DNA of 64,000 nt from NCBI GenBank assembly GCA_964057225.1, contig OZ059897.1, forward strand, positions 11,532,001-11,596,000, given 5' to 3'. Source of the stretch: Auanema rhodensis. Lineage: Eukaryota > Animalia > Nematoda. Positions 12,813 to 27,002 of this stretch are shown here, piece by piece (positions within the stretch are counted from its first letter, which is position 1; each line of letters opens with the position of its first letter). The notes under the pieces were generated by a model that was given only the letters and a program-made list of their open reading frames with translations, was not told the origin of the DNA and did not search any database. The position numbers and the translations under genes are program-made.

Positions 12813-13611
12813 TTAGGAATATGGCCAAACTGGGAAAACAGAAGGAGGCGTAGAACCTACTTGAGATTGTAAGGATTTCTAAGAGTAGGAACAACATATC
12901 TTGATGTCCAAAACAGGACTACTTCATGGATCATCTGAATTAGCAACTGATTAGCACTGGATTCCTTATACCTCTTTTATTTCTTAATTTAGCACTACTA
13001 ATGCAGTGTTATTTTTTGATATCGTAGTTCCAGATTGATTTTGACAGGCCGAAATCAAACCAAAGGAAAGCATAGATAATGAAAGCTATGTTTCTATGAT
13101 TTATTTTTAAACAAAATGTAAAAATGTTTGTTCATTAGAGATTATTTTAAAATAATAGTTATTATTAACGTTTCCTTCTTTCATTTACTATATCTGAGAT
13201 AATTATATTCAAAATGTAGTTTTTGTCATGTTGCCTACTTTTACAAATTATATAATATGTTTAGAGAGCAGAAATTGTATCAAATGATATCATAAATTAC
13301 GCCAAAGTATACAATTGAAATGATTCTTGTCGAACATCTTGTATTGTGAGTTGTTGCCTATTACTTCTTTATCCATTGTATTTCATGAAAAAACTTGATC
13401 TATTTGTGTTGTGAAAGCCCTTAAGCGCAACTAAAGTAATTAATACATAAATTACTTCATTCTTCTCACAATATGTTTGTTCTCAGTGAATATTTTACAT
13501 AAAAATCAGATGAATGAAAATCTTCATTCCCGCAACCACACACATATTACATAAATAGATAAATATAATCTGATGAATCATTATAACATTTCAAGAGTAA
13601 ATTTCTGGCGT

Positions 13612-16262
13612 TTATTTTCTATGTAACTTGGGACCAATACATAAGCATGTTTTTCTACAAAACAAAAACATTGTAGCTCTGTTTTCCACACACAATCCTC
13701 CATCAGCCCATTCCTTAAGTTCTATATTGAAAAGAATGTTAATATGTTTTCAATAACCTGACACAGCATTCCTTTGTCATCTTCTTCTTTTTGACAATCG
13801 AAGATATGAGGTTTCCATCTTCGATTAATGTCGGCGATTTCATCAAGCTCAGATGTATCCAGAGAAAGGGCATTCATTCGGTCATTCTCAAGATCATTTC
13901 GTTTTTCTATAATGTCACAATAACATATATTTTATATATTATTATACAATGCCATACAGTTTCAATGAAAACTGAAACTGTATACATCAACTATTATATA
14001 TTTATAAACGATTATCAATCCAATAGAGGTGTTGCCTCAAAAGGGTTGAAGACTTTAGCTTTTATATAGCTTACAGTACCTTTTTCTAGGTCGGGATTGA
14101 CAGTATTTTCAAAAGGACTCAAAGCATAGTGATCAGTCGTCGTTTTCATGTTCTCCAGTGTTGTTGCATTGTCTAAACAGAACTAGTTCAGATTTAATTA
14201 CATTTTGTTCAACACCTGTAGCTGAATCCACTCCTGAGATCTCTACAGTAGTTGTTCCAGTTAGCTAAAACCATGTTTAATATATTTAATAAAACAATTA
14301 AAATTACGGTTTCTTCTACTTCAAGTTCTGAAAAAAAATAATATACGACGAACATTTATAATGACTTACCATGTAATAACGAAGTGCTAGGTGTCGGCAG
14401 TGAAAGCTGCAATATTTGAACTTTTAAAAATAAAATAAACACGTAAGAATGCTTACATGATCATTATCAGCTTCTTCATTATGATGCTCCAAAGCTGCGG
14501 TAGGCCTGTATACATCACCAATAGAAACTCTACCCGACCCTTCATAGCCTAGAACAGTTACTGCAGATCCTTCGATTTCCTCCATGTTACTAAATGTAAC
14601 CCCAGAACCTTCAGAAATTAGAATAGTAGAATCCATATTTTCTGAGAAAGTAGTTGAGATTCCTGAGGCTTCAATGTTCAGACTGGATGATGACAGTTCA
14701 CTATTGATCATAGGTAGTGTTGCAGATATTACTACTGATGCACTGTGGCCAGAACCTTCTTCATTCACAACCTCATTGCCACTTTCCATCTCAACGGTGA
14801 GTAAATGAATTATTGAATCGCTTGTTCCTGATCCTTCGGAGACGGTAATCCCAGATATCATGGCATCATCTCTTCCGGAACCTTCAGAATCAATTATTCC
14901 AGAACCCTCTGAATCAACTATTCCAGAACCTTCAGAATCAATTATTCCAGAACCTTCGGAAATTGTGACTCCTGATCCTTCGAAAATTGTGACTCCTGAT
15001 CCTTCGGAAATTGTGACTCCTGATCCTTCGGAAATTGTGACTCCTGATTCTTCGAAAATTGTGACTCCTGATCCTTCGGAAAATGTGGCTCCTGATCCTT
15101 CGGAAATTGTGACTCCTGATCCTTCGGAAGTTGTAAATACTGATACGTTTGAATCACTTATTCCCGATTTCTGGGTGTCTTCAAGAAATTCAGACTCGTT
15201 CATAACTTCAGTATTCAATGTCGTATAGCTTTGTTCTTTACTAGATGAATCTTGATTTTTCATATCCTCTGTTGAGTATGGCAGAAGAGTAGCAGCTCGT
15301 AATTCCGACGACGTAGGAGGCGCAGGAGGATGTCTTTCGTTTATTAGGTCACCTGATCCCTCAACTGAAATATAATGTTGTTATATGATATATGTATGTT
15401 ATGAACTTACATCCAGAATATCTTTGACTATTAATTGGAGTTTCTCCTGAACCATCAATTATTTCTGTCTCATCACTGATATCATTTCGTGCTAAAAAAT
15501 AAGTTCTGTATATTTTATCTTACAACCTAAACTAATTTAATGATTTTTTTACCATTTTATTTACTTTGTCATATTACTATTGATTACCCATTTCATCTAC
15601 CTAATCATAATATATTTTTCATTTTGGCTCATGATTTAAGCCATTGTCAAACTTTTAACCATCATACTTTTAACCACCATTAACCATGATTTCTATAACA
15701 TTTGTGAAAATAGGTAAAAACACTTTAGAACTAATGTTGTTTCTGTCGTAGATACGAGAAGGCTAGGCGCGATTAGGAAACTTGAATTTGCTATGCTTTT
15801 AAAGAGAGTTAATATGAATTCTTCAAGTAAGACGATTGACAATATGTACGCCAAGCATAATTTTCATGTGTTCAAGCAATGCAACTGACTTAAAACTTTC
15901 AATAGAAACTAGATAGGGCATCTTCCAAGTTTATGAAGATATGTGAATATATGAAAGCTTGACTTTCCTTAGAATTCTTAGATTTATGAAACTAACCTCG
16001 AACATTTCCTTTATTTTTGTCTTTAATAGCACTTTCCACGGGTTCTGTGTACTTGACGCCAAAATGATTTAGTATTGTTACATCTAGGAATCATAAAAAA
16101 AACATGTACAATTTGAATAGCAACCTTTTAAACCTATCTCTTCTTGAGTTTTAGCAGCGTTAGCTTCTCCAAATATTTTAAAAACTATAAAACCAATGAA
16201 TAATCATATTATTAGCATAACATATTAAGATTTACCACTATTATTGTCAGATATTTTATCAT
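13612..16262 (-). CDS. Secreted proteoglycan-like protein with EGSG repeats and C-terminal ShKT domain (5' exons uncertain)
   Basis: 279-aa ORF with many EGSG motifs; terminal exons CQKEEDDKGMLCQ|EWADGGLCVENRATMFLFCRKTCLC; TAA 13612-13614; start position approximate. Confidence 0.65.
14870..15130 (-). repeat. 24-nt coding tandem repeat (EGSGVTIS / EGSGIIDS, ~11 copies)
   Basis: cctgatccttcggaaattgtgact repeats on the + strand, followed by ccagaaccttcagaatcaattatt variants. Confidence 0.92.
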
Positions 16263-17048
16263 AATCTGAACATTTAACTACTATTATATAGCTAAAACAA
16301 AGAAGAAAACAAAACTGAATTTGATTCATTCAACCTGTAACAATATAAAAAATTTAATAGGAAATATGAGAAAATAAATATAACAAGCACAAAAACATTT
16401 ATTATTCAAATAATATTTTAATAAAGAGCGTATGAAACAGTCTTCATTCGGAAAGACTACGTGAATGACATCTGCCAAACGTCTGCTTAGATAAGAAATA
16501 TATCTGCATACAAATCTAGGATCAACACGTTTGGAAACGCCTCTTCATTGCTCCAGCTTAAAGAAGAATCAGAATTGAAGAAAATATTGAAACAGGAATG
16601 CCTAAAGTCCAATGGAATCTAATTCCTTTGATTTTTGTTAAATTCTAAACGTAGATAGACGAACAATTATGGATAAGATGTATCCCCCTTCATTGAAAAC
16701 GGAATTACAAGTGTGCAATTGACAAGACGCGCACTTTTAAAATATTATATTCAAAGCCGAAAAAAAGAAAGAAACAACATTTAAAATTCCCTTAAAAATA
16801 TCCAATATCCCACAATGGTAAACCACAGACTGTACCATACTTTGATCAACCTGTCTCGAAACTAGTCAAGTCAATCATAAAGGTCCTTCAAGCTACATCG
16901 CTTTCACGACAAATTCATAGCACTCAAGAGTATTCTCGTAAGAAAATAAAGTTTTATTAGGAAAAAATGAACAAATCTACTTCAAATATGTTGAAGCAAC
17001 TATTTTTCAAACTGTTTAACAAATCACCCTAGAAACTACATCTAATAC

Positions 17049-18690
17049 TTATTTTTTCAATGTTTGGATAAGCTCAGCTGAGGTTCGGAAAGGTTGCACA
17101 ATAGACTCGTCAATGGTAGCTCCACGCACCTAAATGTATATCTCCTGTATAGGTAAGAAAAAAAATGTTACTAATTGTGGTTCGGTATTGTGGAAAATAT
17201 CAGCATATAGTCCCTCAAGAGGCATTACTCCATCACTAGTTGCTACCTTAACAGCTTCATCTACTTCTCTACGAACATCCTAAAAGCATTATTAGGACAA
17301 AAACTTGATGTGATATACACCTTATCAATAGCCTTAAGTTCTTCTTCTGTAGCTAAATTAGAAGTGATTATTCTATCTTTGAAGCCAGTAATTGGGTCAC
17401 GTGTTTTTCGAACCTCCTGAATTTCATCCCTAGTACGATAACTGAAAAACAGATAAATTAAAAACAATGCCAGAATTCAAACCTTGTTCCAGGATCGGAC
17501 ATAGAGTGACCATGATAACGGTAAGTAGCCATTTCAAAAACGAGAGGGCCTTTTCCAGAATTGCAATACTCTTTAGCCCATTTAACAGCCTCCCTTACAG
17601 CTAATATATCCATACCATCAACCCACACTCCTGGTACATAATCACCTCTTAAATGGCTCACTAATTACATAGCCTTTGATATTGGTAAATTTACCGCGTA
17701 TAATATTCCATGGAAGCGGAAGCACGTTCTGCAGAAGTACCCATTCCAAATCCATTGTTCTCACAGACAAAAATAACAGGCAAATTCCACAACTTAGCCA
17801 TATTTGTTGATTCGAAGAGCTGGCCTTGATTTGCGGCTCCGTCTCCATATAATGCAAAACACACATTCTGTTGATTGCTACAAAATATACGATACCACAC
17901 TGCTTCCTATTCCCTTTGAAAAATACCGATATTTCATAGCTAGAGCTACTCCGGCTCCAAGCGGTTGTTGGGCTCCAACAATTCCATTACCACCATAAAA
18001 ATCTTTGGCATACATGTGCATAGATCCTCCTTTACCGTATACGTTACCGGAAATTCTACCTGCAAAAACATTCCTGCTTAGTGCAATCCTGAACAGGTTT
18101 TAGGACAAAGAAATAGCAATTCATAATTCAAATAATCTTGGCTTTAGATCTTGACGAATGATATTGGAATATTAATATACTATATTTAAAGAAAAACAAA
18201 AGCTGAATTACCCGTTAATTCGGCAAGAATTTCGGAAACTTTAGCGCCGAATAAATAAGTCCATCCATGGCAACGATAAGCTGTGATTACAGAATCACCC
18301 TCAACCATAGCAGCTTTCATACCGACCGCACAAGCTTCCTGAAAACGCAAACCATAATGAACATAAAATAGAGAATGAAACCTGTCCAGAGTAGAGATGA
18401 CAAAAACCTCTAATTTTTTTCTCTTTGTACAAGTTTCCAGCAGCAGATTCCATTCTTCTGATAACCTGCATCTGACGATAATAACTCAAAGCATCGTCCC
18501 GGGTAAGAGTTACGGTCGTTGAAGGACCATTGTCCAATTTATGCAGTTTAAAACCCTATAAGACATGAACATTATATATCTATGAGCTATATCAAACCTT
18601 TGTATGGAAAGTAACATCGCTGACAAAACGACGTTGTGCGTTAATAAGCGACAATACGGGAAGTTTCACGGATTTCCTGTAGAGAGCCAT
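17049..18690 (-). CDS. pdha-1: Pyruvate dehydrogenase E1 alpha subunit
   Basis: [49 protein letters not shown]; mitochondrial-type N-terminus; TAA 17049-17051. Confidence 0.96.
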
Positions 18691-18997
18691 GGTTTTCCTT
18701 GAAAATAGTTAATAGAAAATAATATAGCACAACTAACAAAAATAAAAGAATAATATATATGTAACTGATAAGTATAGGTTATCGAATAAACAATGACAAT
18801 CGAAAAACAACTATGTTAAAAAATATTTTATCAAGGAACCAAATAGGATTTCAATATTACATATGGAAATATTTCATGTCTGACACTCTATTAAAGTTTC
18901 AGAAATTTTTTTTTTTAAATAATTCAGGCTTCACCAATGACAATTTTATTTGCCTCAAACCTCAAGCGAAAATAATGACATTTAGAAGACTTGAAAG

Positions 18998-21900
18998 CTA
19001 TTGTCGACCCAGCTTACTCTTTATCCATTGCTGAATTTCTGCTCTTAACTCAGGTACTGAAACAAAATTATTATGTGAAAGAGCTGGTCTGAGCATAGAG
19101 CATATTCCGTTCACTCTAACAAATTCAAACATCTTTGCGAATAATCAATAATTCCGCGACAACAAATAGATTCGAGAGAGAATTTTTTCACGCTCTGTAA
19201 GAAAAATTACCTGGCTCAAGTTCATCTTCAACCAACTTCGCTCGATTGAAGGGATTAGTTTCATTAGACAATAGATGACGCATTATAACTTTTCTATCCA
19301 TAATATGACCTGACGGTAATCTAACGGGATCTTCCATAATCGTAGCCATTACAGGATCTTGAATGACAACGCAAATATAATATGAACATATTTCATTTAA
19401 AGTACGCAAACCTTTGTATTCTTCAGGCACATCATCATACTCTAATTCCATTTCTTCTGCTTCTTTAGCATTGTAATACTTCGCCGCACTATCAGTTAAA
19501 AATCGAAATCTAAGAATCAAAATAAAAATATTTTAAATCATGAAAAAATACCGTTCTAACTGACTCGTTGAAACAATGTTATATGTTTCCAGCCTTTGTA
19601 CAACATCTTCCATTAGAGCTGGAGTGTAAGAACGCTAAGATAATTTATACATTATTTTGAACAAGATGCATTAATACCTCATCGTTTGCGACACAGCGAG
19701 CAAATTCTGACGAATTCATGTTCACATAAATTTCTACAACTTTTTCCGTAAACCTTCGTGGTTCCCATTTGAACCGCTGTTTTGCATCTCTCACCTCAAT
19801 ACACATGGTTTACTAAGACTAAAGGATTTTACAACTTTTAGTTCTGTGCATTTATTTCCGCAAAGTTGTTGCAAATTATGATTAAGCATAGCAGCCAGAC
19901 GCTCACCAAGCACAATTTCATGGAATGGCTCCGGGGCATCCTTGGTTAATCGCACCAATAAATCAAGAGTGTCCCAGCCATAAGATAACCATGTGCGAGC
20001 CTAAATAATAATATACTGTACATACATGAAAAGCAATATTACATCTCGCTTCGCTGCAGTCAATAGGGATTCTTTAGCCTGTCTCTCTTCATCGGTAAAG
20101 GTCGTCCACTCGGACTTTTTCATTAATCCTTCAATATCGTGGATCTAAAAAATATTCAGAGAATAGCCAAAAAAGGAAATTTACCTTTTTTAACGCAGCG
20201 AGACTCTCGTCTAGTAAATAAGTTGCATCATTAATTATCATATTAATAAAACGAACAAATTCAGGAGGGCACGACCTGAAAACCTTATTTACAGTTGCAA
20301 AAGAAATGTTGATACCTGGCTAGTGTAATCATATTAGCTCTATATATTGGTATTTCCCATAAGCATTTGAAAATTACTTGCATATTTCGCCTAATAGGAA
20401 ACTTGTAATTATAATCAATAGCTTCCACATCAGAATAGAACTAAAAACAATTGTATATTTTCAAAAGTTTAATTTATATCTTACTTTCACAAGGCTCGGC
20501 TGTAGATGATCAATAGCTGCTTGACAGTTCACCATTTGATTCCACATGGAAGTAGCCCGAGGTTGATAAGCGGGGCTGATCATTGACACAGCTTCCACAA
20601 TCTAGAAAGCATAATTATTTGGAAAATACTGACATACATGCCTTCTTGCGTATTGATGGGTTTTTAAAATACTGTGTTCGGCAAATGAAAATTACAAGCT
20701 GGTTTGGCCAATCATTTTGCCTCTCAAGTAATAAGCTAGGAGCACAACTACAAAGGTAAAAGGAAAACATTGAACATTTCGAAATATATACTGACCGTAA
20801 TATATGTGTTACAAAATCCAGAACATCTTCAACGTAAAACTCAGGATACGCAGAAAAGAGATCAGATGACTCCTCAGGTAGTGTGCCATCAATAAAACTA
20901 AAAAACCGAAATCTTGATCAGGAGGGCAAAACAGCTTACTATTGAGGACTAATTGCCATCAACATAAAGCGCATTTGCTTAGTTGCAAACTCCAATCCTA
21001 ACTGTAGGAAAGCCTCATCTCGGAGTAAGCAGTCATAGCACATAAACATGCGGATAATATCCTAGAGAATGAATAATAGAAAACTTAACGCCGAACATAG
21101 CCTAGGGCCTCACGATGACGTGTTCCTTCAAATAATCAAGGTCCATTTGATGTCTTCGATGGTTAAAATTTGCTGAACCTTCCGCTTTCTTTATTGTTTC
21201 TTCCAAAGCCTATTCATAAAATTTTGCAGAGAAAACAAATTGAGCAAACCGCAATTTTCTCCTTCAATTCGGCTACATACATTTTTATTCTCTCCTTTTT
21301 TTCAAGTAATGGTTTTAATCCAATGTGTGAAGCATGGATAGTTAGGAAAAAGCATTCAGTAGTGAATTTTTCGTCCGATGACGTTTCTGAACACTAATGC
21401 ATTACTAAAAACATCAATTATTTCATTACCGTTATCCTCACTGAATTTTTTTGCTGATACTGAATCCATTTTCAGACGTGTTTCATTAGCAATGTCAACT
21501 TTACTGTGTTCTTGGAAAGGATAGAGTGGGTTTACCTAGAAAATGTCTTTATGTTGAACATCTTTAAATAGTTACCTTATCCAGAGTTATCTTAACAGAC
21601 AGAGTAAAAAGCACGCTCATGAAGTTTGTCATAAAAACCTGAGAACACATAAAAGAAAAGTCAACCTGAACTCGAATTGTGAAACTTGAAAAGCACGAAA
21701 ACATGATACCCCCATCATTGCACGTTTCTCATTTCGGCTGATAACTTCTGCTATCCATTCTAACGTTTTTTGACGTGACATTACATTTACTAATAATGTA
21801 TGCATGATGTTATGAAGTCGTTGCTTAAATAAGAAGAAAAAAGTTTTTAAAATCTTTTCCATTTAATTACCCTTGCTGTGCCCATTCTGAAATGGTACGA

Positions 21901-23209
21901 TTGATGTAACATCATACAGCTTTCTACATCCTTCGGCATGTCAGTAATATCATAATATTTCTCAGAATGAGCAGCCTAAAATATATATGTGTATAAACAA
22001 AAAATACTGTATAACATTAACTGACCAGTCCTTCGTCACAAAATATTCCATAATTGAAGAGTGGGCCAAGAAATGACAGTACTGAAATTTCTCGACCAAC
22101 AGCATTTGAACTAATTTTGGGAATAAAATCTTTTCTTTGCACTATCTAAATATATCCACCATTTATATTTATATTGAAGTTGCATTAAAAACTCACCAAA
22201 TTACAAAGAGGTTTTCGGTTGTTTTCCCCAGTTATACATAATAAACGGTTAATAATATCAAAAGTTTCCATAATAATACTATCAGAATTAAATGACATTT
22301 CTTGGAAGCAACAAGCATGTCTCAAATATGTGAATATAGGATCAAAAACCTTAAAAAAATATGAATAAAAAAACTAAGCAAGAAACAAACTTGAGACAAA
22401 CAGTTATCCCCACTAGCTTCACAACTATTTACAATATCTGTCAGGCAATCTAAATTGATTCTACCATCATACATCATCCTCAAAAGTCCCAAGCGAGCAT
22501 AGTAACCATCCAACCTGCCCGAAGTATTTTTACTACCATTAAAGTAAATTCTAACCTACTTAGGATATAAATGCCCACGGAGAAGAACAACAACAGAATT
22601 CAATATACCAGAAAAAAAAGCACTCGCCTCTTTCATATCAGTATCATTTATATCCTATAAATATCGCGATTGATATTCATTGCAAGCATAATTGGTAGCG
22701 TTACCTGATTACAATAATTATTTTTAACATTTAATAACATTTTTTGAGCAAATAGAAGAATAGCAAATTCATTAGTTTGCACGACCGTATCATAGTCAGG
22801 CATACGTAATTGGAAACCTAATGAATTCGGTTCTGTAAATAACACAGTAATTATGGCGAAATATTATCTAGAAACCTGGGAAATCACTACTAACACTTTT
22901 CTCTGGAAGAGAGCTGAATAAACCGCATAAACATTCAGATACCGCATATCTCAAATTATCTAAGAACAAACTAAAGACAGATTCATAAAACTCTAACCTG
23001 GATTATCATCCGGAAAATCGTTTAGAAAACTTTGGCATTCCGTTACATAGTCCCTTAGGTTTGTTGAAATTGCAAATTCTTGGAGATCAAAAACAGTTTT
23101 CACAAGATCGCAACGTGTAGATATCTTCAAAAAGATTTAGAATCAAGAAAAACACATAATATTTCAAGCAAACCTTGTTTGTTATAACAGAATTATTATC
23201 CTCTGACAT
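18998..23209 (-). CDS. ufd-2: U-box E4 ubiquitin ligase UFD-2/UBE4B
   Basis: [54 protein letters not shown]-box [22 protein letters not shown]…TNPFNR; all exons join in frame. Confidence 0.93.
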
Positions 23210-23619
23210 TTGTTAAATATGGAGAGGTCCTGTAAAAAGGATTATTGTATTTAGGAATACATAAGCATTCAAAAAATCAAAAAAGGCGCTTTGACTGAAG
23301 ATATTATCAATGTAAAGCAATTCTCTCTCATATTCTAGTAATATAATGACAAGAATTTTAGAACAAATAAGCTATTTTAATTATAAACACTATTTTCTTT
23401 AAATTAGTAAATACCAATAAATTTCATTTCTAGTCACCATTTCTTTTGAATTTGAGCTAGCACTGAAACTACGCCATACCTCAACCACTGGTGTAAATAA
23501 AACTTGTACAAATTTATCGCAATATTTCTAATTTTATTAAAATGAATATTAACTTTAATCCTTAGGGTTCTTTTCACAATTGTTTACAGTGTTTGATTAT
23601 TTTTATTTAGATATTCAAA
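23210..23619. promoter_or_regulatory. Divergent promoter region shared by ufd-2 and nduf-11
   Basis: ~410 bp between two head-to-head start codons; acceptor-like sites just upstream of both ATGs. Confidence 0.6.
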
Positions 23620-24943
23620 ATGGGCCATGACGAAGGTAAACCACTGGTAGCTACCTATACAACTCAAAGACCTCCTTGGATTGGTCTTTGGAGTTCACGC
23701 GAATAGTTTAATAGTTTTTATTTATCGTTTATTTTATATGTTTTTTAGTTCCGGACGGCCGGATTGGTGGAAGGAAAATGGTTCTAGAGATGAACTTGTA
23801 CGCTCTGGGCGTCTTCGTTTATGTGGTGCTCAAATCAAAGAAGATGATCCAGATTGGTTTGACGCGAAGGTATTTATTATCTATTTACATTAACATATAT
23901 TGGATTTACTAGGTTGCTGATGGAGAATCACTTGCTGGCCCAAATGGGAACGATAGCAAGAAAGAACCTAACTTAACAATCAAAGCTGATCAGCCAGGAA
24001 AATTAAAAGATTTTCAGGACAAAGTATGCTTTAAACTGTTTCCGATTCTTATTATAGTTTTAGGTTTACGAATCTAGCCACCAATTCAAAGCTATTGCTG
24101 AACAATTTGGTCTAAGTCCTGAGCATCCAGGATTGAATGTGAATCCCACCCTGAATGACCTTATCAATAGTTAGTACTTCATCCTCATAAAAATAAGATT
24201 GTTTTTGCAGCTCCAAAAGCTCTGCTTGGTCGCTCCGTTTTCCTTCCAAGTTCTTGGCATCAATTTGGACCTCGATTCTTCGATAAACCGTTGAATGAAG
24301 CTACATTTATGAAGGGCCTCGCTTGCGCAAAATATGCCGCTATCTTCAGTATTCATAACTTTAATTGGTATACATTTGTAATTCCGTTTTAGTGGCTCCA
24401 TACACTTTACTGGAAATCAGAGCTAACAGTTCTGTGGCTGTATCAAAGTTTTCGCCTCGCACTTACTTTAAAAGATATTTCCAACTCGCACCGCTACCAC
24501 TATCCGTTGCCTTCGCCTGGGGAATTACTCTTTCTAGTGCAGCAAATATTAGAAATAAGGTAAATTTTCTTATATTCTTGATTTTTTAATATCTTTAGGA
24601 TGACATTTATAATCATTTCTACGCTAGTACCGCTGTTGGAGCAGTTGCCGCTACATTTAGTAATTTGTTTGTGTTGCTTCATTAGTTTAATTTTGTTTTA
24701 GAAAACAGTATTGCTATTGGTGTAACTGCTGCCTTAATCTCAACGATTTTGGGATCTTTCTGGCAATATGCTCGTGTATCTGAAACAGGATTACAGGTTT
24801 AAGTTCCTATTACGTATGTTCTTAATATTGAATGATTAAAGGGAAAAGTACATCAGCCACAGTCTGGAGGTATCTGGGGTGGCCCATTGGTTTGGAAGCT
24901 CTTCCAAAATGGAGATGTATCAGTGCCAGAATCCAGATTTTAG
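23620..24943 (+). CDS. nduf-11: Complex I subunit NDUFA11 (nematode long form)
   Basis: MGHDEGKPLVATYTTQRPPWIGLW…SGRPDWW; HPGLNVNP; FGPRFFDKPLNE; IRNKDDIYNHF; TAG 24941-24943. Matches my recollection of C. elegans B0491.5. Confidence 0.85.
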
Positions 24944-25141
24944 AAGTGTTGAATTAATCAGCGTTTTGTTAGAATAGAAGTACATGGAATAAATAATGTA
25001 ATTGGTCATGTAGAAATCTCATTTGTTCAATTCATCTGATATTGTCTTGGTAACAGAAAAGAATCAATGGTTTCCCTGGTAACGGAGCTGGAGTTATTCC
25101 AAACCCTGCAAGTTAACACTCAACCAAGACGTATAATTTTA

Positions 25142-26885
25142 ATGATGATAAAATATTCTATAATATTCTTCATTTTCTCTGTTCCGTGTGGATTATCAGC
25201 TCCAAAATCTGAATGTGAATGGAGAAAAAATCTTACGCATATAAGTGGTATGATTCATTCATCGTTCATATATTAATAAATAATGCTGCTTGTTTAAAGA
25301 ATTTGCTGAATTTGACAAAGGTGAAGAATTGGCAGATTGTTTATATTATTATTTGTTGAAAACTGATTATGAAAAAACATCAGAAGTTCGTTCTCTTCAT
25401 GAAACTCCTCCACCGGAGCATTTAATCAATATAACGGTAAGTCTAAGCCGAGAATCACTGCTATTGAATTAGTTTAGATAGATGAAGTTGTTATACGTAC
25501 TGTTGAATTGGCAGCTGGATCAAGTTATCAATTTAACTTGTATGGAAAAATATATATGGATTGGCCTGATTCAAGATTACAATGGGACGAAGATTCTTGG
25601 CATTTGGCATCAATGTACTTATCAGATCATCATAGAATATGGACACCTCATCTAGTGGATACATCGTTCGTTCATTTAAGAAGATAGATTAATTGATATT
25701 TTAGTATATGTCCTGATGAATCACTTTGTAAACTTCAATATAAGGATATAAATGTGATGAGTGATGGATTGGTATCAGTTACTGCTGAATTTCGCCATGC
25801 AGCATTTTGTGAAGTTGATTTTTCCAAGTGAGAATCAGGCTTACTTTCTTCGACTAATTACTACTTTTCAGATATCCTGAAGAAGAAAATCATTGTTGCA
25901 TTTTCTTCACAGCCGTTGAACCAAGAAAATCTGTTCAATTTCTCAATACGGAAGATTTAGCATCAAAACCTGTACGTCCTATGGTGATGCAACAAAATGA
26001 AAAAAAATATGAAGAAATACATAGACAAACAAAGGATCATTCTGCTTGGATACTATCTGTACACCAATGAATTAAGCTATCTTAATAATTATTTTTTAGG
26101 AGCATACAGTCTCAGTAATTCATTTAAGCACCATAGAGTCTACTCAGGTTTTAAAAATTTGCACTCATGCACAAAAGAAAATGTCCACTGTTCGAATGGC
26201 TTTGAGATTGCCGGTTACTATTGCAACTCTGTTAATGCTGGTATCAAGAAAAGATAGAATATTTTTTAATTTTGAATTGAAGGTTTCTCCTTTATTTGGT
26301 GATCTACGAACACAATCGTATGTTAAAATAGTAACTCTTTCATTACAAACATTATGCTTTCTGTTCTTATGCTCAATAGCTCCACAAAACGGTTTTGCTG
26401 GAACCAAACCAAAAATTTGTTAGTTGATTTGAATGTCAAAGTATTCATAAGATTACACTTCAGATCGATTTTATGAATCAGTATTTGCCATGACGACCAT
26501 AAGCATGCTCATTACTGTTGGATGTATGGCGTTAAGCAGAGCTCGCCGAACAGTTCCGCCTACTCATCGTGTATACCTAGCGGCTAAATTAGTATGAGAT
26601 GATCTTAAACAGATAATAACTATTCACTAATTCAGGTCAACAGGGCCTTGTGCTGCATTGAGCCAGATCAAACAGCTCATTATACAAGATACGTGAGTGA
26701 TAACGAAAATCAAGGAAACACGGATAGCTCGGTAATTCCATATACAATGATTTTCCACTTTCTTAATTCATCTTCAGCCTGATTATACACAAGACTGGAG
26801 ACATATATACTTAGCAGTCAATAATCTATCTTCTGGCATTTTTTTCACAACATTCACGTTTTTCATATTTTTCGATTTTATATAA
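25142..26885 (+). CDS. lgc-20: Divergent nAChR-like Cys-loop channel subunit (LGC-20-like)
   Basis: Signal peptide; WPDSRLQW, IWTPHL, Cys loop CEVDFSKYPEEENHC (C-x13-C), four TM segments, short M3-M4 loop; symbol partly based on adjacency to nduf-11 as in C. elegans. Confidence 0.72.
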
Positions 26886-27002
26886 TATAGTCAATCATTT
26901 CGTTTGTACTTCCCCGCCGTATCTTCTTCCGTGAATCTAGAGAACTGCTATGCCTTGGATTGAAAAATAATTATGCAATGGTAGTATTACACATATGTTT
27001 TA

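Noticed and set aside
14584-15228. Antisense and alternate-frame ORFs (122, 74, 71 aa) over the EGSG repeat
   Set aside because: By-products of a stop-free 24-nt repeat
23691-23748. Possible non-canonical intron in nduf-11 flanked by AGTTC direct repeats
   Set aside because: A canonical 43-nt GT-AG intron (23706-23748) keeps the frame
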